64,000 bases of DNA, from assembly GCF_050920415.1 (NCBI RefSeq), contig NZ_CP169309.1. One strand, given 5' to 3'. Within the stretch, counting starts at the first letter, position 1. Every line of letters begins with the position of its first letter. The notes beneath the pieces are model-generated. The model worked only from the letters and a program-made list of their open reading frames with translations. It did no database searches and was not told the origin of the DNA. Origin of the DNA: Escherichia coli (GTDB taxonomy: Bacteria > Pseudomonadota > Gammaproteobacteria > Enterobacterales > Enterobacteriaceae). The position numbers and the translations under genes were made by a program. Of this stretch, positions 56,796 through 64,000 are shown one piece after another.

Positions 56796-57654
56796 GGAGT
56801 AACTCCAGCAGATATTGGCCGTAGCCAGTTTTCGCTAATGAACTGGCAGCACGCTTCACACCTTCGTCATCGAGCCAGCCGTTACGCCAGGCAATCTCTT
56901 CCAGGCAGGCAATCTTAAAGCCCTGGCGTTTTTCCACCGTCTGTACAAAGGTACTGGCTTCAATCAGGCTGTCGTGTGTGCCGGTGTCCAGCCAGGCAAA
57001 TCCGCGCCCGAGCAGTTCAACGGTCAGGTTGCCTGCCTCAAGGTACATCTGGTTGATGGAGGTAATCTCCAGTTCACCACGCTCCGACGGCTTCACCTGC
57101 TTTGCGTACTCCACAACTTTACTGTCGTAGAAATAAAGCCCGGTCACCGCCCAGTTTGATTTTGGCTGTTTTGGCTTTTCTTCCAGAGAGATAGCGCGGA
57201 AATTGTCGTCAAACTCCACGACGCCAAAGCGTTCTGGATCCATTACCTGATAGCCAAATACCGTCGCCCCTTGCGTGCGCGCCGCAACATGACGCAGCTT
57301 CGGACTGAAGCCCTGTCCGAAGAAGATGTTATCGCCCAGCACCAGACAAGAAGGTTCACCGTTGAGGAAGGTTTCACCGATGATAAAGGCCTGCGCAAGA
57401 CCGTCCGGGCTGGGCTGTTCGGCATATTCCAGCTGGATACCGAACTCACTACCATCGCCCAGCAGGCGCTGGAAATAACCTTTATCTTCCGGCGTAGTGA
57501 TGATGAGAATTTCGCGGATACCGGCCAGCATCAGCACCGACAGCGGATAGTAAATCATTGGCTTATCGTAAATCGGCAACAGTTGCTTCGATACGCCGCG
57601 CGTAATCGGATGCAATCGGGTGCCGGAACCGCCCGCCAGGATAATACCTTTCAT
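56773..57654 (-). CDS. rffH: RffH glucose-1-phosphate thymidylyltransferase, 293 aa
   Basis: [57 protein letters not shown]... Confidence 0.95.
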   Translation of the reverse strand: MKGIILAGGSGTRLHPITRGVSKQLLPIYDKPMIYYPLSVLMLAGIREILIITTPEDKGYFQRLLGDGSEFGIQLEYAEQPSPDGLAQAFIIGETFLNGEPSCLVLGDNIFFGQGFSPKLRHVAARTQGATVFGYQVMDPERFGVVEFDDNFRAISLEEKPKQPKSNWAVTGLYFYDSKVVEYAKQVKPSERGELEITSINQMYLEAGNLTVELLGRGFAWLDTGTHDSLIEASTFVQTVEKRQGFKIACLEEIAWRNGWLDDEGVKRAASSLAKTGYGQYLLELLRARPRQY

Positions 57655-57750
57655 GTTTGCCTCCGCTGAGAATTAGCCGTTCAGACCTAAACGCTCACCC
57701 TGATAGCTGCCGTCCTGCACCTGCTTCCACCAGCTTTCATTAGCCAGATA

Positions 57751-58740
57751 TCACTGCACTGTTTTACGCATTCCACTTTCAAAGGTTTCCTGCGGCAGCC
57801 AGCCAAGTTCACGGGCAATTTTCGAAGCATCAATGGCATAGCGCAGGTCATGCCCCGGACGGTCAGCGACAAAAGTGATCAGATCACGATAGTGCGCCAC
57901 ACCGTGCGGTTTATTCGGGGCCAGTTCTTCCAGCAGCTCGCAAATGGTTTCCACAACCTCGAGATTCTTACGCTCGTTGTGACCACCAATATTATAGGTT
58001 TCACCGACTTTCCCGGTGGTCACCACGCAATACAGCGCGCGGGCATGATCTTCAACATATAACCAGTCACGGATTTGCTGCCCATTGCCATATACCGGCA
58101 GCGGTTTACCCGCCAGCGCGTTGAGGATCATCAGCGGGATCAGTTTTTCCGGAAAGTGGTAAGGACCGTAGTTATTAGAGCAGTTGGTGATTAACGTCGG
58201 CAGGCCGTAGGTCCGCAGCCAGGCGCGCACCAGATGGTCGCTGCTTGCTTTTGAAGCAGAATAAGGGCTGCTCGGCGAATACGGCGTGGTTTCGGTGAAG
58301 AAATCATCTGTGGAATGCAGGTCACCGTATACTTCGTCGGTGGAGATATGATGAAAACGGAACGCCGATTTTTTGTCTTCTGCCAGCGCATTCCAGTAAG
58401 CCCGCGCCGCTTCAAGCAGTGTATAAGTCCCGACAATGTTGGTTTCGATAAACGCTGCCGGGCCGTCAATAGAACGGTCAACATGGCTTTCAGCTGCCAG
58501 ATGCATGACGCAGTCTGGCTGATGTTCTGTGAAAACACGCGCCAGTTCTGCCCGATCGCAGATATCAACTTTCTCAAAGGCAAAGCGATCGCTTTGCGCA
58601 ACCGGTGCCAGCGACATCAGGTTTCCGGCGTAGGTCAGCTTATCGACCACCACCACCGCATCGTTCGTCTCGTTGATGATATAACGCACCAGCGCCGAGC
58701 CAATAAACCCGGCACCGCCTGTTATCAGAATCTTTCTCAT
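57751..58740 (-). CDS. rffG: RffG dTDP-glucose 4,6-dehydratase, truncated by in-frame TGA (329 aa); frame stays open 25 more codons to TAA at 57673-57675
   Basis: [24 protein letters not shown]...GMRKTVQ then TGA; downstream in-frame YLANESWWKQVQDGSYQGERLGLNG then TAA, placed just before the rffH SD. Confidence 0.85.
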   Translation of the reverse strand: MRKILITGGAGFIGSALVRYIINETNDAVVVVDKLTYAGNLMSLAPVAQSDRFAFEKVDICDRAELARVFTEHQPDCVMHLAAESHVDRSIDGPAAFIETNIVGTYTLLEAARAYWNALAEDKKSAFRFHHISTDEVYGDLHSTDDFFTETTPYSPSSPYSASKASSDHLVRAWLRTYGLPTLITNCSNNYGPYHFPEKLIPLMILNALAGKPLPVYGNGQQIRDWLYVEDHARALYCVVTTGKVGETYNIGGHNERKNLEVVETICELLEELAPNKPHGVAHYRDLITFVADRPGHDLRYAIDASKIARELGWLPQETFESGMRKTVQ

Positions 58741-60002
58741 TAGCGCCACACTCCTTTGGCATCGACGACATACTGCTGATGGACGTTGTCGCCATTGATA
58801 ACTTTGAACTGACTATGATCGACCAACATCACCAGCACATCTGCCGTTGCCAGCGCCTCGTCAAGCTGCGCCAGAGTACAAAGCCCATTCAGTTTGTTCG
58901 GCAACTGGTGAATGTTAGGCTCAACAACCAGCGTTTCGCCGCTGTGCCACTGAGCGATCAATTCAGCGATTTCCATCGCCGGACTTTCGCGCAGGTCATC
59001 AATATTCGGTTTAAACGCCAGACCAAAACAGGCAATTTTCAGCTCACTGGCGCGTTTATCGGTAGCGGCCAGGCAGTCGGCAACCGCCGCTTTGACCTGA
59101 TCAATCACCCAGAACGGTTTGTGATCGTTTACTTCACGCGCGGTACGGATAAGCCGCGCCTGCTGCGGATTCTGTGCCACGATAAACCACGGATCAACAG
59201 CGATGCAGTGACCACCCACGCCAGGGCCAGGTTGAAGAATATTGACGCGAGGGTGACGATTCGCCAGGCGAATCAGTTCCCAGACGTTAATCCCCTGATC
59301 GGCGCAAATCAGCGACAGTTCGTTAGCAAAAGCGATATTCACATCGCGGAAGCTGTTCTCGGTGAGTTTACACATTTCCGCCGTCCGTGAGTTAGTGACG
59401 ACACACTCACCTTCGAGGAAAATTTTGTACAGTTCGCTGGCACGGGCCGAACAAACCGGCGTCATACCACCAATCACGCGATCGTTTTTAATCAGCTCGA
59501 CCATAACCTGGCCCGGTAACACGCGTTCCGGGCAGTAAGCAATGTTGACGTCCGCCTGCTCGCCCACCTGCTGTGGGAAAGTCAGGTCCGGACGCATCTC
59601 TGCTAACCATTCTGCCATCTTCTCGGTTGAACCCACCGGCGAGGTGGACTCAAGGATCACCAGCGCGCCTTTTTTCAGCACTGGCGCAATGGAGCGAGCA
59701 GCCGATTCAACGTAAGCCATATCAGGCTCATGATCGCCTTTAAACGGCGTGGGTACAGCAATCAGCCAGGCATCCGCTTCAACCGGCGTCGTGCTCGCTC
59801 GTAAAAAACCGCCTTCTACGGCAGTTTTTACTACGCTCGCCAAATCAGGCTCGACGATATGGATTTCGCCACGATTGATGGTATCAACCGCGTGTTGGTT
59901 GATATCAACACCAATCACCTGTTTTTGCCGGGAGGCAAACGCTGCCGCCGTTGGCAGTCCAATGTAACCCAGTCCAATGACAGAAATGGTCGCAAAACTC
60001 AT
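58740..60002 (-). CDS. wecC: WecC (RffD) UDP-ManNAc dehydrogenase, 420 aa
   Basis: [43 protein letters not shown]... Confidence 0.95.
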   Translation of the reverse strand: MSFATISVIGLGYIGLPTAAAFASRQKQVIGVDINQHAVDTINRGEIHIVEPDLASVVKTAVEGGFLRASTTPVEADAWLIAVPTPFKGDHEPDMAYVESAARSIAPVLKKGALVILESTSPVGSTEKMAEWLAEMRPDLTFPQQVGEQADVNIAYCPERVLPGQVMVELIKNDRVIGGMTPVCSARASELYKIFLEGECVVTNSRTAEMCKLTENSFRDVNIAFANELSLICADQGINVWELIRLANRHPRVNILQPGPGVGGHCIAVDPWFIVAQNPQQARLIRTAREVNDHKPFWVIDQVKAAVADCLAATDKRASELKIACFGLAFKPNIDDLRESPAMEIAELIAQWHSGETLVVEPNIHQLPNKLNGLCTLAQLDEALATADVLVMLVDHSQFKVINGDNVHQQYVVDAKGVWR

Positions 60003-61129
60003 AGTGATATCCGATTATTTTTTAACGCTTCCAGAATGCGAGAGCATGCCTGACCATCACCATACGGGTTATGGGCGCGGCTCATGGTTTGATATTCGTT
60101 TTCGTCTTTTAAAAGACGCGTCACTTCCTCGACGATTCGCTGCTTATCCGTGCCGACTAGACGCACCGTACCCGCCTTCACTGCTTCCGGACGTTCAGTG
60201 GTTTCACGCATCACCAGCACTGGTTTCCCCAGCGAAGGCGCTTCCTCCTGAATGCCACCTGAATCGGTCAAAATCAGCCAGGCGTGGTTCATCAGCCAGA
60301 CAAACGGTAAATACTCCTGAGGATCGATCAGAATGACATTTTTCACGTGCCCCAGAATGCGATTGACCGGCTCTCTGACGTTCGGGTTGAGATGCACCGG
60401 ATAGACAATCTGGATGTCCTGGTGCGTGGTGGCGATGTCTGCCAGCGCATGGCAGATTTCTTCAAAGCCACGACCAAAACTCTCACGTCTGTGACCGGTC
60501 ACCAGAATCATTTTTTTATCAGGGTCGATAAACGGATAATTTGCCGCCAGTTCTGAACGCAGCGTATCGCTGCTCATCACCTGGTCACGCACCCATAACA
60601 GTGCATCAATAACGGTATTACCGGTAATGAAGATTCGGCTGTCAGCAACGTTTTCACGCAGCAAGTTTTGCCGGGACGTTTCGGTTGGAGAGAAATGATA
60701 CATCGCCAGATGCCCGGTCAATGTACGATTTGCCTCTTCCGGCCACGGCGAATAGAGATCGCCCGTGCGCAGACCAGCCTCAACGTGACCAACAGGAATA
60801 CGCTGATAAAACGCCGCCAGACTGGTTGCCAGCGTCGTCGTCGTATCGCCGTGAACCAGCACGACGTCTGGTTTGAATTCGGCAAGAATAGGTTTTAGCC
60901 CTTCCAGAATCCGACAGGTTATCTCTGTCAGACCCTGTCCTGGCTGCATTATGTTGAGATCGTAGTCAGGTACAATGGAAAAGAGTTTCAGCACCTGATC
61001 GAGCATCTCCCGATGCTGCGCAGTGACGCAAACTTTAGCCTCAAAAAAAGGATCTTTTGCCAACGCATGCACCAACGGCGCCATCTTGATGGCTTCCGGG
61101 CGCGTACCAAATACAGTCAGTACTTTCAC
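59999..61129 (-). CDS. wecB: WecB (RffE) UDP-GlcNAc 2-epimerase, 376 aa from GTG
   Basis: Track frame to 61171; start set at GTG giving [23 protein letters not shown]...; avoids overlap with wzzE. Confidence 0.9.
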   Translation of the reverse strand: MKVLTVFGTRPEAIKMAPLVHALAKDPFFEAKVCVTAQHREMLDQVLKLFSIVPDYDLNIMQPGQGLTEITCRILEGLKPILAEFKPDVVLVHGDTTTTLATSLAAFYQRIPVGHVEAGLRTGDLYSPWPEEANRTLTGHLAMYHFSPTETSRQNLLRENVADSRIFITGNTVIDALLWVRDQVMSSDTLRSELAANYPFIDPDKKMILVTGHRRESFGRGFEEICHALADIATTHQDIQIVYPVHLNPNVREPVNRILGHVKNVILIDPQEYLPFVWLMNHAWLILTDSGGIQEEAPSLGKPVLVMRETTERPEAVKAGTVRLVGTDKQRIVEEVTRLLKDENEYQTMSRAHNPYGDGQACSRILEALKNNRISL

Positions 61130-61184
61130 ATCGATTCTCTTCGAATAAGCGGCGAGCGCCTTTGCGCTCACCGCAGCAGTGTTG

Positions 61185-62234
61185 CTATTTCGAGCAACGG
61201 CGGGTTAATGCGACACCAGCCCCGATCAGCCCCCCGACAATGCCCCACATAATCATCAGGAAGGCACGACGTGGGCTATCGCGTTTTACCGGTTCTTCCG
61301 GCGTACGCAAATAGCGATAGGTCTGAAAACGCGGATCCAGGGTTGGACCAACATTCAGGGTGTTTAACATGGCCCGATTCTGATCATAGTCGAGATCAAA
61401 GGCCGGACCGACGGCCTGTAAATTTTCCAGTCGCGCCTGGAGCATTGGACGCCCAAGCAGGAACATTTCTGAATCAGGTAGTTCCTCGGCAGGTACATCT
61501 GTCGCACTGCGCGAAATATTATGCTGCTCAGCAATTTTCAGCGCCTGTTCAATGCTGTTCATCCGGCGGTCGTAGATGGCTTTCGCCACTTCTTCCTGAC
61601 GCTTCACCTGAGCTTTCATCTGGATGGTACGCGCCGCCCATGCGCCTTTCAGCTCATCATTCAGATGGCTGGCTGCTCGTTGGCTGGCAAACGCAACATA
61701 CTGACGTAACAGGTTATTAGCGTCAGGCGCGGTTTCGGCAATCAGCTTAACGCTATCATTGACCGCACGCGTGAAGTCACCGGGAATAAACACGATGTTG
61801 TTAATCATTTCATCCAGCAACGCCGCATCGGCTTTGCTGTTCCCGACCATCCGCTGTTTGTAATAGTCTGTCTGCAACCAGAAATCGCGGCGGGTATCCC
61901 ACGAGGCCAGTTGCATAACAAACTCTTTATAGGCTTCATCCATGACCGATGGTTGGTCGGCAGAAGCCATGTTCGAACGGACGTCCAGGTTACGCAAGAA
62001 TTGCTGCTGCGAGTAGTATCCTCCCAGCATATTCACTGTTGGACGATCGGTAATCGCCGTCGAGCTCCACTCCTGACGAGCAAAAAAAGTATACGCCAGC
62101 GCGATTAACGCAAACGCCAGCCCCATGCCAATAATCCACAGCTTCCCAGCCCACAAGGTACGAAACAACCCACGAATATCCAGTTCATTTTCAGCGTCTT
62201 CGGCCGGTTTCCCAGGCATTGGTTGTGTCATCAC
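61185..62234 (-). CDS. wzzE: WzzE ECA chain-length regulator, 349 aa
   Basis: [41 protein letters not shown]... Confidence 0.95.
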   Translation of the reverse strand: MMTQPMPGKPAEDAENELDIRGLFRTLWAGKLWIIGMGLAFALIALAYTFFARQEWSSTAITDRPTVNMLGGYYSQQQFLRNLDVRSNMASADQPSVMDEAYKEFVMQLASWDTRRDFWLQTDYYKQRMVGNSKADAALLDEMINNIVFIPGDFTRAVNDSVKLIAETAPDANNLLRQYVAFASQRAASHLNDELKGAWAARTIQMKAQVKRQEEVAKAIYDRRMNSIEQALKIAEQHNISRSATDVPAEELPDSEMFLLGRPMLQARLENLQAVGPAFDLDYDQNRAMLNTLNVGPTLDPRFQTYRYLRTPEEPVKRDSPRRAFLMIMWGIVGGLIGAGVALTRRCSK

Positions 62235-62242
62235 ATCCTCAT

Positions 62243-63346
62243 TTATTTGGTTAAATTGGGGCTGCCACCACGATTTCTACGCAGTCTGCGTTTTACGCGC
62301 TTAATAAAGCGAGCAACTTTCCAGGCACGCTTAATGCAATATCCATAGAGGAAGAATGCTAGCAAAAAGAGCACCAGCATGACCCATTCCGGGACAAAAT
62401 GAGAGTATTCTGCCAGCACGCCAATTGAAGCGAGCAGTGCTGCGGCAAGGGTAATCAGCACAAACGCCTGGCGGGAAGTAAACCCGGCACGCATGATCAA
62501 ATGGTGAATATGCTGACGGTCAGGAGAGAATGGGCTCATGCCTTTACGCAGGCGACGGTACATAATCGCCACCATATCCATTAGCGGAATGGCGATAATC
62601 CATAATGCAGTAACCGGGCTTATTGGGTGCGTTTTTCCCTGAGTCGTTTCGAGCAGGATCCAGATAACGGTAAAACCAATCAGCGTACTGCCCGCATCAC
62701 CCATAAAGACTTTGTAGCGGCGACCCAGGATACCAAGGTTGAGCATGATATAGGGCAGGATGGCGGCGATCATCGCAAAGCACCAGATAGCGAGGCTGGT
62801 TTGCCCGTCGAACCACAAAATCATACCGATTGCTGCAAACGAGACGCAGGACAACCCGCCCAGCAAGCCATCAATGCCATCAACCATGTTGAAAGCATTA
62901 ATTGCCGCCCAGACGGCAAATAGCGTCAGGAAGTAGCCAAACGGTCCGAGCACCATCTCCCAGGAGCCAAAGATATAACCCAGGCTACTGAGATAAAGTT
63001 TGCCGAACACCATCATAACAATGCCAACAGCGGCCTGTATGGTGGCACGGATTTTTACGCTGATATCAAAACGGTCATCCAGCGCACCGATGAACACAAG
63101 CACACCGGCACAAGCGAGATAGAGAGATGCATGCGGAATATAATAATCGACAATTCCGAACGTGAAGCAAATCCCTGCGTAAACCGAAATACCCCCAACG
63201 AGAGGTATCAATCCCTGGTGACGTTTGCGGAAGTTAGGTTTATCCACTAAACCGACTTTTTTTGCTACCTTTCGGGCAAAAAACAGAAACAGTGTCGTGA
63301 ATAAAAAAATACTGATGAGATCAGTACTCACTGTCAGTAAATTCAC
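62243..63346 (-). CDS. wecA: WecA (Rfe) UDP-GlcNAc:undecaprenyl-phosphate GlcNAc-1-P transferase, 367 aa
   Basis: MNLLTVSTDLISIFLFTTLFLFFARKVAKKVGLVDKPNFRKRHQG... Confidence 0.95.
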   Translation of the reverse strand: MNLLTVSTDLISIFLFTTLFLFFARKVAKKVGLVDKPNFRKRHQGLIPLVGGISVYAGICFTFGIVDYYIPHASLYLACAGVLVFIGALDDRFDISVKIRATIQAAVGIVMMVFGKLYLSSLGYIFGSWEMVLGPFGYFLTLFAVWAAINAFNMVDGIDGLLGGLSCVSFAAIGMILWFDGQTSLAIWCFAMIAAILPYIMLNLGILGRRYKVFMGDAGSTLIGFTVIWILLETTQGKTHPISPVTALWIIAIPLMDMVAIMYRRLRKGMSPFSPDRQHIHHLIMRAGFTSRQAFVLITLAAALLASIGVLAEYSHFVPEWVMLVLFLLAFFLYGYCIKRAWKVARFIKRVKRRLRRNRGGSPNLTK

Positions 63347-63529
63347 AATGCATGCTCTCAGAGAAAATTATTAGCAGAAGTATAACCACGAAGACCTTTA
63401 TTCAGAAGGGAAAGTCCGTTCCGAACCCACCAGTCCTGTGCAAAAATTAATCATTCGATATGCAAATTGCATAACACACGAGCAAAACCCAGGAATTTTC
63501 CTAACATTGCCAGTGCGGCAATAAGATTA

Positions 63530-63571
63530 CAGATATAAAAGCAAAACGCCACGTAAACACGTGGCGTTTTT
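63530..63571 (-). terminator. Intrinsic terminator downstream of rho
   Basis: AAACGCCACG-taaaca-CGTGGCGTTT hairpin with T-runs on both strands. Confidence 0.7.
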
Positions 63572-63585
63572 GGCATAAGACAAAT

Positions 63586-64000
63586 TTATGAGCGCTTCAT
63601 CATTTCGAAGAAATCGTCATTGGTCTTGGTCATCGCCAGTTTATTAATGAGGAACTCCATGGCATCGATTTCGCCCATCGGGTGAATAATTTTGCGCAGG
63701 ATCCACATTTTCTGCAGCTCTTCCTGAGTAGTGAGCAGCTCTTCTTTACGGGTACCGGAACGGTTGTAGTCGATTGCCGGGAAGACGCGTTTTTCAGCGA
63801 TCTTACGAGAGAGGTGCAGTTCCATGTTGCCTGTACCTTTAAACTCTTCGTAGATAACTTCGTCCATCTTGGAACCGGTATCGATAAGCGCGGTAGCGAT
63901 GATGGTCAGGCTGCCGCCCTCTTCCACGTTACGCGCCGCACCGAAGAAGCGTTTCGGGCGATGCAGGGCGTTGGCATCCACACCACCGGTCAGCACTTTA
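63586..64000 (-). CDS. rho: Transcription termination factor Rho, C-terminal part (gene continues past window end)
   Basis: Minus-strand translation ...[61 protein letters not shown]...FFEMMKRS then stop. Confidence 0.95.
   Translation of the reverse strand, partial: KVLTGGVDANALHRPKRFFGAARNVEEGGSLTIIATALIDTGSKMDEVIYEEFKGTGNMELHLSRKIAEKRVFPAIDYNRSGTRKEELLTTQEELQKMWILRKIIHPMGEIDAMEFLINKLAMTKTNDDFFEMMKRS

Noticed and set aside
57751-57753. TGA in rffG as a selenocysteine codon
   Set aside because: No SECIS-like hairpin immediately downstream, and the position is a conserved Trp in homologous dehydratases

Overview
This window is an Escherichia coli-type chromosomal segment, colinear with the K-12 ubiB-ubiJ-ubiE / rmuC / udp / dlhH / metE-metR / recQ / corA / uvrD / xerC-dapF / cyaA / hemCDXY / aslAB / tRNA / yifK / wec (ECA) / rho region, in inverted orientation. 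Gene identities come from reading the supplied translations and the raw sequence; K-12 gene order and protein lengths are quoted from memory, and no database search was run. CDS coordinates follow the ORF track, with starts re-chosen where an in-frame ATG/GTG with a Shine-Dalgarno fits the known protein; coordinates I counted by hand (tRNAs, REP elements, hairpins, operators) may be off by 1-2 nt. Against the K-12 backbone, four segments look accessory: (1) a six-gene IclR-regulator / DgoK-like / DgoA-like / TctCBA transporter operon between rmuC and udp; (2) an AT-rich islet between dlhH and metE carrying an Hcp-domain ORF, an in-frame toxin-like ORF separated from it by a single TAA, and an overlapping small putative immunity gene; (3) a 675-aa DKNYY-repeat secreted protein gene between yifL and cyaY; (4) an AT-rich, translationally coupled two-gene cassette between rarD and corA. 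The Hcp-toxin-immunity module and the DgoKA-TTT operon are the best candidates for an undescribed system. Other points: rffG carries a premature in-frame TGA, GlmZ sRNA lies in the hemY-aslA spacer, and hemX contains a (CCTGCA)x8 tract. No CRISPR array, integrase or transposase was seen.
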